This document shows positions 10,800 through 19,166 of a stretch of 64,000 nt of DNA, one piece after another. Below the pieces are notes generated by a model. It searched no databases. It saw only the letters and a program-made list of their open reading frames with translations, and had not been told where the DNA came from. Both the position numbers and the translations under genes were made by a program. Source of the stretch: a virus. Taxonomy: Duplodnaviria > Caudoviricetes. The DNA lies in IMG/VR virus record IMGVR_UViG_3300020037_004820; one strand, 5' to 3'. Position 1 is the first letter of the stretch; each line of letters begins with the position of its first letter.

Positions 10800-11157
10800 A
10801 AAATTTCAAGAGCACTTGACTATGGTTAAAAATAGTCAAGTGCTTTATATTTGGGATAAACCTTTAAAGGTTATGGATATTTGGTATTCTGAAACAGAAG
10901 ATGCTGCATCAGTAGAACTTCATACAGAGTGTGGAAATGTCGGATATTTAGTTTCCGACATTTTTCTTTTAAGTTCCGCGATTAAACCACGCGGAGGTTT
11001 ACATTCAACTAAATCTTCTGAATATATGAATCGTCATATTCAAACGTGGTGTTTGAACCAACAATTTGCATATGACAATGGACTTGAATTCGACAATACT
11101 ACGAAAGATTATAGTTATCATATAAATGATTATTACTTCAAGAAATATGGAGTATAA
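10786..11157 (+). CDS. Hypothetical protein
   Basis: ORF in run. Confidence 0.6.
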   Translation: MPLSKKFQEHLTMVKNSQVLYIWDKPLKVMDIWYSETEDAASVELHTECGNVGYLVSDIFLLSSAIKPRGGLHSTKSSEYMNRHIQTWCLNQQFAYDNGLEFDNTTKDYSYHINDYYFKKYGV

Positions 11158-11397
11158 ATGAATTGGGAAATAAGTTGGTCATTTTCTATAGGCCAAATTG
11201 ATTTTGAAACAACAGCAGTTATGAATGCGGTTACAGCTACGGATGCAGTAACTAAATTTATACAACTAATGGCTACGGAATTCCCTGAGTATAATTGGGA
11301 AAAACAGATATTTCGTGCCGAAAAGAATTACACATGTTTTCTTTTTATTCTAGAGAAAGGAAAATTGAGAAGACTTGATCCTGCGGAGAACATCTAA
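11158..11397 (+). CDS. Hypothetical protein
   Basis: GGAG SD; abuts neighbours. Confidence 0.6.
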   Translation: MNWEISWSFSIGQIDFETTAVMNAVTATDAVTKFIQLMATEFPEYNWEKQIFRAEKNYTCFLFILEKGKLRRLDPAENI

Positions 11398-12140
11398 TGA
11401 GAGCACTTATTTGTTCCGATTTGCATATTGATGCAGGACATAGACAAGATCCTGATTGGTATGTTGATCCTTCTCTATTTGATGTTGCATTTGTATTAGG
11501 AGATATATCTGATCATGCTAAAACATCTCTGCGTTATATGCGTAAATTTAAAGAGAAAGTTCTTAGCGGTAAACAAGTATTTGTTATTGCGGGTAATCAT
11601 GATCGCTGGGGAAGTTTGTTTAGTTCCTCGGAATATTTTCTAAAACAAATTCCTGGCTTTATAAATCGAGAAGTTGTTGAATATGAAGGTCAAAGAATTT
11701 TGGGCTGTACTCTTTGGTATGAACCTGCTGAGAACGCAGAAAGAAAAGATTGGAGAGATTTTCGATATATTACTGATTGGAAGCAAATTTATCAAGAACA
11801 TAAGTTGGATATGAAATTTCTTGATGAAAATCTTCAAGAAGGAGATATTGTATTAACTCATGTTCTTCCTACTTTGGAATCAATATCCCCACAATGGGTA
11901 TCTGACCCTCACAACAATTATTATGTTGTAGAAATTGGTGCGCTTATTAAGGAAAGAAAACCCAAACTTTGGTGCATGGGGCATTCCCATGAGCCCATAA
12001 TAAAAATGGTGCATAATACTCTTATGCTACGTAATCCTCGGGGGTATCCTGGGGAACTTTCTAATTTTTGCATGTGGATTGTAGATACTGATCGACTTCA
12101 TGAATATGATTCTATTATGGGAATTAATCCCTATGTCTAA
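11397..12140 (+). CDS. Calcineurin-like metallophosphoesterase
   Basis: SDLH, GD, GNHD, THVLP, GHSH and NPRGY motifs. Confidence 0.9.
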   Translation: MRALICSDLHIDAGHRQDPDWYVDPSLFDVAFVLGDISDHAKTSLRYMRKFKEKVLSGKQVFVIAGNHDRWGSLFSSSEYFLKQIPGFINREVVEYEGQRILGCTLWYEPAENAERKDWRDFRYITDWKQIYQEHKLDMKFLDENLQEGDIVLTHVLPTLESISPQWVSDPHNNYYVVEIGALIKERKPKLWCMGHSHEPIIKMVHNTLMLRNPRGYPGELSNFCMWIVDTDRLHEYDSIMGINPYV

Positions 12141-12254
12141 ACAAGCTCTTAAATCGTATGTAGAAGCTCTTAAAGCTTTAGTAGCTATTTTATTAGTCAG
12201 TATACTAACTGTTTTATTTGGACTATTAGTTAGACAATGTACTTGGGGGAATAA

Positions 12255-13394
12255 ATGCGTAAAGACTTCGCAAAATGTTTATCAGGCGCAAGTTCTCGTA
12301 AAAGAGATTGGTCTTCTACAAAAAGCGGAAGACTGAAAAGAAAATCAGCGATTAGAACGAAAGTCTTTTCTACAGAAGATATTGACGAATATACTCTATA
12401 TCCTGAAGAAAAGTTTAAAAATACTGAACCTACACCATTTAAAAATGGTAAAGGCGGATTTCATAGACCAAATATTACGTTTGCGCCGCTAAACAACTTT
12501 ATACAAAGCCGAGTAGGACACCATTGGAACGATGTATATTCAGAAATTTGCAAGGCTATGCCTAAAAAGAAAGAAATCAATTGGTATATACATAATTTAT
12601 TCGGATATAATATCTACAATATAGGTCTAGATAAAGAGGGAGATATATATCTACAAACAATTAGAGGAGAACGATATTATAGTAGATATCAATGTATTCG
12701 AGATTCCGATTATATAATTGATAAGAACGGTATTTTGAGATCTGCTAAAGATTATAGCGAAAAATTATCAACTTTAGCTAGAGCTAAATTGCGAATGAGA
12801 CAATTAGATCATCTATATAAAAATGATTTAGATGGGTATTATTATGAAGAAATTCATGAAGATTATATTGAAAAATATACCTTTTCCAGATTATATCGAC
12901 GACCTAGTGTCACTATTACTGTAACTAAACGTGTTCCCATGGAATGTTTTCAAGTTACTGGTGAAAAAGATTATGTAGTTTATAATAATGTGTGGAATGC
13001 AGAAAAGAAGCAGTATGATAAAGTCGAGAAAAAACTCGATAATCTTCAAAAAATAAAAATTCCTATCTTTGGTAATCCTTTCTATAATCATTTAGATGAA
13101 CCAGTGTATCTTATTTCTTGTACTGACGAATGGAATTATAGAAGAATGCATTATAAAGGTTTAACAGATAATAGATTATATCCAGTCACACTTCATTTTA
13201 AAGTGAAACATAATTCAGATAAAGTTGGTTATACAATTACTAATCCCGTAGCTAACTGGAAAACTTCTTTTAGTTATTCAAAAATACACATATCTAATAT
13301 ATATACGAAATTTTGGGAAGAATATAGAGATACTGAAAATAAAATAGAAGAAGCAACTGCTCAATTGAATGAACTGTATGAGGAGTTAGTATAA
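12255..13394 (+). CDS. Hypothetical protein, 379 aa, basic N-terminus
   Basis: Long ORF; APLNNFIQSRVGHHWNDVYSEIC resembles a bacterial family of unknown function (from memory, unverified). Confidence 0.75.
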   Translation: MRKDFAKCLSGASSRKRDWSSTKSGRLKRKSAIRTKVFSTEDIDEYTLYPEEKFKNTEPTPFKNGKGGFHRPNITFAPLNNFIQSRVGHHWNDVYSEICKAMPKKKEINWYIHNLFGYNIYNIGLDKEGDIYLQTIRGERYYSRYQCIRDSDYIIDKNGILRSAKDYSEKLSTLARAKLRMRQLDHLYKNDLDGYYYEEIHEDYIEKYTFSRLYRRPSVTITVTKRVPMECFQVTGEKDYVVYNNVWNAEKKQYDKVEKKLDNLQKIKIPIFGNPFYNHLDEPVYLISCTDEWNYRRMHYKGLTDNRLYPVTLHFKVKHNSDKVGYTITNPVANWKTSFSYSKIHISNIYTKFWEEYRDTENKIEEATAQLNELYEELV

Positions 13395-13834
13395 TGAATT
13401 TAGGTACAGGTGATGTAATCATATTGCGCAATAGACAATATGATATAGCTCCCGAATATATTAAAAATCTTGGTTGGGAATTAGGAAGACAAGATGCTTT
13501 ATATGTGAAAGCTAAAATATCAATCCCAACTTGTTTGTTGAAAGAAATATCAGATGTGTTTATACAGTACGCAGCCCTTGATACTTGGCATATAAAGGTT
13601 CAATCTTCTATTCCTTTGCATTGTGATCCTGTTACGGATTGTTCGCATTATAGATTCAATGTCTCGTATAAAGGTGATTATTGGTTGAATGTTGAAGATT
13701 CAACATATCTTATAAAAGAAGGTGATGCAGTTTTATTTAGATCGGATATTAGTTTACACGGAATTGATCTTTTTGAAAATAATATTGTCGAAATCTTTTC
13801 TGTAGGTATATTTATTGGACGAGATAACTCATGA
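13394..13834 (+). CDS. Putative 2OG-Fe(II) oxygenase/cupin-like protein
   Basis: PLHCD (HxD) ... GDAVLF ... LHG distal His. Confidence 0.55.
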   Translation: MNLGTGDVIILRNRQYDIAPEYIKNLGWELGRQDALYVKAKISIPTCLLKEISDVFIQYAALDTWHIKVQSSIPLHCDPVTDCSHYRFNVSYKGDYWLNVEDSTYLIKEGDAVLFRSDISLHGIDLFENNIVEIFSVGIFIGRDNS

Positions 13835-13895
13835 TTAATCATGCGTCTTGCTCTATGAAAATTTCATATTCGTTTAGTACGAGCCTGGGCGGCAT

Positions 13896-13952
13896 TGCAA
13901 GCAGCGTGCCAAAGAAAACGGCCCTTGTCTAGTCGTCCACCGTCGTTATGGT
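13896..13952 (+). promoter_or_regulatory. Promoter island: inverted sigma54-type site plus TTGTCT-N16-TATGGT
   Basis: 13896-13911 reads TGGCACGCTGCTTGCA on the - strand; TTGTCT 13925; TATGGT 13947. Confidence 0.6.
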
Positions 13953-14021
13953 GTGAGTGTGAGGGCGACACGGTGTCGCCCGAAACAATCAAGTGGCTGA
14001 TATAGATATAGGGGTCTTACG

Positions 14022-14384
14022 ATGGCAATTCCCGCCCATGTTCGTTCATTTGCTTCGGTTTCGAATCGCCGCATGGAAAAGCTGAATGGTAAGGACTTCG
14101 ATAAGAAGTCGCATTACATTCATGTTCGTCCGGCAGATCAGGCGGATATTTTGGTTCTCGCAGTTCATGGGGACAATAATGACCCGGATATTTGCGATAC
14201 GGCGCGATTCATCGCTATGAATCCTCGATATGCCGCTATTCTGGCGGTTACGATCGAAGATGTCCTTCGAAACGATCTGAATTTCAACTTCGATAAGGTT
14301 CGTAAGGAGACGTTGAAGCGTCTCGCGAAGAAGTACGAACCTGTTTCGGATGCACAGGAACAGCCGGTTGCGGAAGCTGGCTAA
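14022..14384 (+). CDS. Hypothetical protein with GC-richer codon usage; first gene before the RNA cluster
   Basis: 120-aa ORF after promoter island. Confidence 0.75.
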   Translation: MAIPAHVRSFASVSNRRMEKLNGKDFDKKSHYIHVRPADQADILVLAVHGDNNDPDICDTARFIAMNPRYAAILAVTIEDVLRNDLNFNFDKVRKETLKRLAKKYEPVSDAQEQPVAEAG

Positions 14385-14397
14385 TATATAGATAATC

Positions 14398-14473
14398 GGG
14401 AGTGTAGCTCAGTCGGTAGAGCACGGGACTTTTAATCCTTAGGTCGAGAGTTCGATCCTCTCCGCTCCCACCA
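14398..14473 (+). tRNA. tRNA-Lys(UUU)
   Basis: Cloverleaf GGGAGTG..CGCTCCC-A-CCA; loop CT-TTT-AA. Confidence 0.95.
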
Positions 14474-14480
14474 AACAAAT

Positions 14481-14608
14481 ACAGAGGTTCCCACAATGTT
14501 CATAGTGAACATAACAGGTACAGCAACGGCTGTTTCCTAAAAGTTGGAACGCTTAGTCGTAATCCCAAACGAGACTGACTGTCTGGTTAACCTCGTGGGA
14601 ACCTCTGT
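14481..14608 (+). ncRNA. Structured ncRNA closed by a 14-bp perfect stem
   Basis: ACAGAGGTTCCCAC pairs GTGGGAACCTCTGT; internal hairpins. Confidence 0.6.
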
Positions 14609-14621
14609 CATAGCTAAATAA

Positions 14622-14696
14622 CTAGGATATAGCTTACCAGACAAAGCAGCTTTGAGTAAAATCAAAGTACACGTTAGGTCGAACCTGCTATCCTAG
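14622..14696 (+). ncRNA. tRNA-like RNA with extended anticodon stem and aberrant T-loop
   Basis: CTAGGATA/TATCCTAG; D stem GCTT/AAGC; GCTTTGA-GTAAAA-TCAAAGT; TAGG-TCGAA-CCTG. Confidence 0.55.
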
Positions 14697-14706
14697 AAAA
14701 GAGAAG

Positions 14707-14795
14707 AGAGTGAATCTCGGTTCGATTCCGAGCGTACCCGATTCGAGGCCAATTCGGGGTAGATTCGTCGTCTAATATGGAATAGGACGCACTCT
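14707..14795 (+). ncRNA. Circularly permuted tRNA-like RNA (T arm, closed acceptor stem, D arm); YrlA-like topology
   Basis: AGAGTG/CACTCT outer stem; CTCGG-TTCGATT-CCGAG; TACCC/GGGTA capped hairpin; GTCT-AATATGGAATA-GGAC. Confidence 0.7.
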
Positions 14796-14802
14796 TAATC
14801 GC

Positions 14803-14880
14803 GGGACTCTGAACGTAATTGGTTAACGTCCCCGCCTCATAAGCGGAAAATTCTGGGTTCAAATCCCAGGTGTCCCACCA
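14803..14880 (+). tRNA. tRNA with CAU anticodon (elongator Met or Ile2, possible TilS substrate)
   Basis: Loop CT-CAT-AA; G1:C72 paired and no GGG/CCC initiator stem; CCA encoded. Confidence 0.9.
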
Positions 14881-14889
14881 AACCATACG

Positions 14890-15673
14890 TTTCTAATCTG
14901 GTCTTAAAAAGCCACTACTCCGAGCACAGTACAATCACCGCTCAGATCAGATTAGAAAGGGCACGTTTAGTGCCCAATTACATGACTAGTGACAAGTCTC
15001 ATTTTGGAGACGGGTAATCAGTCCTCCTTGTCATTAGTCATCTTGATTAAAGAGCATACCAGTTGCACAATTCGGTGCGATCGGTGGAGTCAAAATGCTC
15101 AAAAAGGTGATCTCCTACTCCTAATGAGTTAATCATCATAGATAAAGATAGCTCATCCATCCTGATAAGATGAAGATGGGACTACTCAAGAGAGAGAATG
15201 CCTGGTATCTCCTGAGTATAGTGGAAGGCAAAATAGAATGATACCAACTTAAAATTACATGGATTTGACAGCGAAAGCTGTCTCTAGCTAAGTTTTGGCA
15301 AGAGAAGTAAGCTAGAGTACACAAAAATTGCAAAGGAAACACTCCTCTGCTGGGAATGTCGCCGGTTGTTGTAGTGAGAAGTCGGTGCCGTAAAACTCTA
15401 CATAAGAGGACGAGTATCTCGCAAGGAGAGAAAGGACTTGAGATAGTAGTAATCCGGTGTGTACGTCGATACCTACCAACTCGGGAAAAACGAAGCACAG
15501 TGAATGCGGTTCTGCTGAAGAGATTATGTTGTCAGAGCTATTCAAACTAGTTCGGATGATGTAGTTGAACAGTTTCCGAGCGGGTTCCCTGCCCGCTCAA
15601 TTCAAACACAACAAGGCAACTTAACACAGTCCTTCTGTGAAAACAGTGAGTTGATAGTGTTTCTTTGCCAAAA
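14890..15673 (+). ncRNA. Large (~780 nt) highly structured ncRNA, GOLLD/ROOL-class candidate
   Basis: Long helices (14891-14904/14944-14957; 14982-14996/15027-15041; 15330-15343/15656-15668); GNRA-capped hairpins; no credible ORF; lies between tRNAs. Confidence 0.65.
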
Positions 15674-15676
15674 CAT

Positions 15677-15768
15677 GGAAGTATGGCCGAGTCTGGCTTA
15701 TGGCTACAGTCTAGAAAACTGTCGCGGTCTAACAACCGCCGTAGGTTCAAATCCTACTGCTTCCTCCA
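15677..15768 (+). tRNA. tRNA-Ser(AGA), A34 anticodon
   Basis: ACAGT-CT-AGA-AA-ACTGT; long variable arm; CCA. Confidence 0.9.
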
Positions 15769-15771
15769 TAA

Positions 15772-15852
15772 ATAGAATACTGGTTTAAGCCCAGCATAGG
15801 AACCGAAGATGATTCGGTAAACCTATGTCAGACGTAAAAGACTGAATTCTAT
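15772..15852 (+). ncRNA. Small four-way-junction structured RNA
   Basis: ATAGAAT/ATTCTAT closing stem; CTGG/CCAG, CATAGG/CCTATG and TCAG/CTGA arms. Confidence 0.45.
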
Positions 15853-15862
15853 CATATAAATT

Positions 15863-15939
15863 GGGAACGTACCTTAACTGGTTAGAGGGCTGTCTTGTCA
15901 AGTCAGAATATGCGGGTTCGAATCCCGTCGTTCCCGCCA
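15863..15939 (+). tRNA. tRNA-Asp(GUC)
   Basis: Loop TT-GTC-AA; G73; CCA. Confidence 0.92.
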
Positions 15940-15959
15940 AAATCCACGGAGAATTAAAC

Positions 15960-16160
15960 ATGCTGCGTGAAGGTTTTATTGAGATTAACTACGGGCAAAA
16001 TGCACGAATTGTTTTGTATGAACTTGCAGATCATTCGTGGGAATATTCAATTGTAAAGAAGGATGGCAATCATTCTTCAAATATTGGAGTTGGAAAAGGA
16101 AAGAGTCCAGGTGAATGTCTGGATGCAGCAATTGCAGTTTGTTTGAAGCATTATTACTGA
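15960..16160 (+). CDS. Small hypothetical protein
   Basis: ATG after GGAG SD; the longer ORF-track start overlaps the tRNA. Confidence 0.65.
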   Translation: MLREGFIEINYGQNARIVLYELADHSWEYSIVKKDGNHSSNIGVGKGKSPGECLDAAIAVCLKHYY

Positions 16161-16207
16161 ATTTTCAACTTTTTTGTGTAGTGAAAATCTTATTGACTAT
16201 TTAGGAT

Positions 16208-16633
16208 ATGAAATACTGTCCTAGATGTGATTTAGAGAAAGAAGATGTAGATTTTTCGAAACGAAAGCTACGATCAGGTAAAGAGATTTTACAATCAATA
16301 TGTAAATTATGTAATAAATTAGCGCATAAAAAACATTATATAGAAAATAAACAAGATTATATAGATAAAGCTAAAAAGAATACATTAAAAAATGTTGAGT
16401 TTGTTAATAAACTCAAAGAAGAATCTCCTTGTAAGGATTGTAGTAAGTTTTATCCTTCTTATGTAATGGATTTTGATCATGTATTAGATAAATTATATGG
16501 AATAGCAAATATAGTTAGAGCAAAATCAAGAAAAACTTTACTAGAAGAAATCGCAAAGTGCGAAATAGTGTGTTCCAATTGTCATAGAATAAGAACACAC
16601 AATAGAATATGGGACTATAAGTTAACAGGTTAA
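16208..16633 (+). CDS. HNH endonuclease (Zn-binding); stop codon lies inside tRNA-Glu
   Basis: CxxC..CxxC; CKDC..MDFDH..KCEIVCSNCHRIRT. Confidence 0.85.
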   Translation: MKYCPRCDLEKEDVDFSKRKLRSGKEILQSICKLCNKLAHKKHYIENKQDYIDKAKKNTLKNVEFVNKLKEESPCKDCSKFYPSYVMDFDHVLDKLYGIANIVRAKSRKTLLEEIAKCEIVCSNCHRIRTHNRIWDYKLTG

Positions 16634-16687
16634 ACTACCGCCCTTTCAAGGCGAAATAGCAGAGTTCGAGTCTCTCTAGTCCTACCA
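16611..16687 (+). tRNA. tRNA-Glu(UUC)
   Basis: Loop CT-TTC-AA; T arm TTCGAGT; CCA. Confidence 0.9.
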
Positions 16688-16705
16688 TAAAACAGAGAAC
16701 CAAAT

Positions 16706-16787
16706 GGGGTAGTAGCCCGATCGGCAAGGGGGAAGTCTGTAAAACTTCTTAACCAGCAAGTAGGTTCAACTCCTGCCTGCCCCACCA
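16706..16787 (+). tRNA. tRNA-Tyr(GUA)
   Basis: GAAGT-CT-GTA-AA-ACTTC; variable arm; CCA. Confidence 0.92.
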
Positions 16788-16916
16788 TAAATACGTGCTT
16801 CGCAAGAAGAAAGATACAAGGTAGAGCATCTTAGTATTAAGCCTCTATCAGTAGTGTCATTTACGGTGATCCAACTATTCCGTCTGTAAAACCGTCCAAA
16901 TGGACGCATAAAATAT

Positions 16917-16992
16917 TGGGGTGTAGTTCAATTGGTAGAACAGCGGCCTTTGAAGCCGTATGTTGAAGGTTCGAATCCTTCCACCCCAACCA
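16917..16992 (+). tRNA. tRNA-Gln(UUG)
   Basis: U1:A72; loop CT-TTG-AA; CCA. Confidence 0.95.
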
Positions 16993-17094
16993 ATATAGTT
17001 AAACCGAACGGGTCCAGTTAGTCTGTACGACTGAAATTAGTTTCTGCGTTGTTGACCCGTGGCGCAGACGGTACACATAAAAAAGGAATAAACA

Positions 17095-17265
17095 ATGGCA
17101 ATCGCAATGTTCGTTGTTGCAATTTTTGTTATACTTTTTGCTCTATTTGCAGTTGTTGTTAATGACAATGATGCTCGAAGTGCAAATACACTTGCACTAA
17201 TAGCAATTTGTTTAACATTTGTTCTTTGTGTTTTGGCGATTATCAATCTTGGACTCAGTATTTAA
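17095..17265 (+). CDS. Small two-TM membrane protein (56 aa; below ORF-track cutoff)
   Basis: AAGGA SD; MAIAMFVVAIFVILFALFAVVV..LALIAICLTFVLCVLAIINL. Confidence 0.6.
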   Translation: MAIAMFVVAIFVILFALFAVVVNDNDARSANTLALIAICLTFVLCVLAIINLGLSI

Positions 17266-17266
17266 T

Positions 17267-17647
17267 ATGAGTAATACGTGGTCAAGTCCTGGCCCTGATT
17301 ACTGGTTGTTCTTTTATTGTCAACAGAAGAAAGAAGTCTTGCGCGAAAGGAATAGGAAAAAGAACCTTTCAGGTGCAGGACTTACTGTACAAAAAGTATA
17401 TGAACTTTATAAGCAAAAGCTATGCAATTATTGTGGAAAAGAATGTATTGTTGATATTGTAGATCAAACTCATAACAAGTTGAAGCATAATCATGCAACA
17501 ATTGATAGAGTTGATCCATTGATTGGATATCAGAATTCTAATATAGTTCTTGCTTGCCATTCTTGCAATCAGAAGAAAAGTAAAAAAGAACAAAAGATTG
17601 TAGAAAAATTTGGTAGAAAACCTCGCGGTAACCCTGTAACCGCTTGA
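17267..17647 (+). CDS. HNH endonuclease
   Basis: CNYCG..ATIDRVDP..GY..SNIVLACHSCNQKKS. Confidence 0.8.
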   Translation: MSNTWSSPGPDYWLFFYCQQKKEVLRERNRKKNLSGAGLTVQKVYELYKQKLCNYCGKECIVDIVDQTHNKLKHNHATIDRVDPLIGYQNSNIVLACHSCNQKKSKKEQKIVEKFGRKPRGNPVTA

Positions 17648-17671
17648 CAGTCCAAGCATGGGGCTTATAGG
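17644..17671 (+). promoter_or_regulatory. Promoter TTGACA-N16-TATAGG before tRNA-His
   Basis: Same 16-bp GC-rich spacer class as other islands. Confidence 0.5.
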
Positions 17672-17685
17672 ATAAGAAGAATGAT

Positions 17686-17764
17686 GGTGTTCGTAGCTCA
17701 AATGGTTTAGAGCGCTGGCTTGTGACGCTAGATGTTGTGGGTTCAAGTCCCATCGAACACACCA
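17686..17764 (+). tRNA. tRNA-His(GUG) with A73 discriminator
   Basis: Loop TT-GTG-AC; genomic G at -1; ends CAC-A-CCA. Confidence 0.92.
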
Positions 17765-17933
17765 AACATAAGGAACAGAAATGGCACATCATTATATCTG
17801 TTATAATAACAAGACGCAGAATGTTGAGTTCATTGGAACTATCAAACAGTTCAATGATCAATATCTTCTAAACTTTACTGAACAGACATTTTTCGATTGG
17901 ATGAAAGGTAATGGTTTGACTGTTTATCAAAAA

Positions 17934-18401
17934 CTAGACATTTGATTTCTTTTTATTCTTTCCTCGATATGTAGAAGTTTGTGCATGACAGTTCGGACAC
18001 AATAAACATAGATTAGAAAGAGTATTATCCATACAGTTACCGTTTATATGTTCTAATTCCAGTGCAATAGGTTGTCCAAGCCATTCCGTTAATTTACATT
18101 TATTACATATTTTTGTAAATATTCCTTCTCGAATAAGTCTATTTTTAAGTTGAAACGTAAGAATTTCAACTTCGTTATTAAGATATTTTTCAATAGGCAC
18201 ACGAATAGGTAATTGTTTATTTTTTGACCAGGCACAGCCTGTAAAATGAGAATAATCTATATCATATAATGCAGCGAATTTCCTAAAAACACGATAGTTT
18301 CCTCCTTTACCTTTTATGCCAAGTATATTTAGTACATTACTTATTGTAGTTGAAGATTTTACAGCGGCTTCAAATTGTTCTTTGGAATAGGAATGTGACA
18401 T
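17934..18401 (-). CDS. HNH endonuclease, antisense within the tRNA cluster
   Basis: CNKC..LELEHING..DNTLSNLCLLCPNCHAQT; ATG 18401 after AGGGAG. Confidence 0.88.
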   Translation of the reverse strand: MSHSYSKEQFEAAVKSSTTISNVLNILGIKGKGGNYRVFRKFAALYDIDYSHFTGCAWSKNKQLPIRVPIEKYLNNEVEILTFQLKNRLIREGIFTKICNKCKLTEWLGQPIALELEHINGNCMDNTLSNLCLLCPNCHAQTSTYRGKNKKKSNV

Positions 18402-18433
18402 TTGTTGTTCTCCCTTTCCATAAATAGTCATGT

Positions 18434-18510
18434 GGCGGTCTAGTCCAATTGGCAGAGACACGAAACTTAAAATTTCGCAAGTGTGGGTTCGAGTCCCACG
18501 ACCGCTACCA
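18434..18510 (+). tRNA. tRNA-Leu(UAA) with short variable loop
   Basis: CGAAA-CT-TAA-AA-TTTCG; 5-nt variable region; CCA. Confidence 0.88.
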
Positions 18511-18522
18511 AAGAAAAATAAT

Positions 18523-18600
18523 GGGAGTTTAGCTCAGTTGGCCTAGAGCGGCAGTCTGTTAAACTGCGGGTCGTTGGTTCGAATCCAACAATTCCCTCCA
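18523..18600 (+). tRNA. tRNA-Asn(GUU) 1
   Basis: GCAGT-CT-GTT-AA-ACTGC; CCA; U73. Confidence 0.9.
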
Positions 18601-18689
18601 TAAACCTTAGTATAGTGTGATCTTAAATACGCGAGCGACTATACTGAGTAGGTTTTGCGGCTTTCCTTGGATAAAAGCCGCCGAGTCAT

Positions 18690-18765
18690 TGCAAAGTCTT
18701 CTAACTGGTCGGAATGGTAGCTGTTAACTACTAAAATGTACGTTCGAATCGTACCTTTGCAGCCA
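18690..18765 (+). tRNA. tRNA-Asn(GUU) 2
   Basis: TGCAAAG/CTTTGCA; GGTAG-CT-GTT-AA-CTACT; GCCA. Confidence 0.9.
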
Positions 18766-18769
18766 AACA

Positions 18770-18939
18770 TAATCAGAGTTAACATAGCGGCAAGTGTGCT
18801 CATACTCTTAACTGAGTAAAGAGAAACAAAGGTTCGAAGGTTGACATTTGCATCAAGTGATTTAGTTATCACTTGAGCTAAACTGAAAAGACGCTAGCAG
18901 CAATCACCTTACCAATTCAAGGAAAAGGCGTCCTGATTA
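18770..18939 (+). ncRNA. Putative structured RNA (~170 nt)
   Basis: TAATCAG/CTGATTA ends; TCAAGTGAT/ATCACTTGA and TACTC/GAGTA hairpins. Confidence 0.4.
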
Positions 18940-19082
18940 AGAACAAAAGGCAGATATGTTAGATGATGACGACATTATTATGATACTGCTTTTATCTAGC
19001 GACACATCTGGATTAAACTGGAAAGGTGTTGTTCTTTGGATAGTTATAGTTACTATTATTGTAACACTTATATCGTTGATAT

Positions 19083-19159
19083 AATTGGTCATAGCATTAC
19101 TGGATAATGCGTTCCGCTAGTACCGGAAAGATTGGGTTCGAATCCCGAGCCAATTACTA
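19083..19159 (+). tRNA. Atypical tRNA-Thr(AGU), A34; 4-nt connector; 3' end ACTA
   Basis: AATTGGT/GCCAATT; GCAT/ATGC; TTCCG-CT-AGT-AC-CGGAA; TTGGG-TTCGAAT-CCCGA. Confidence 0.7.
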
Positions 19160-19166
19160 AACATAG

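Noticed and set aside
14890-15673. tmRNA, RNase P RNA or group I intron
   Set aside because: No tRNA-Ala-like ends or T arm/CCA, no RNase P P4 signature recognised, and the flanking tRNAs are intact; a covariance search is still needed.
15136-15750. ORFs inside the large structured region
   Set aside because: Atypical composition, no SD, overlap with extensive RNA helices or tRNA-Ser.
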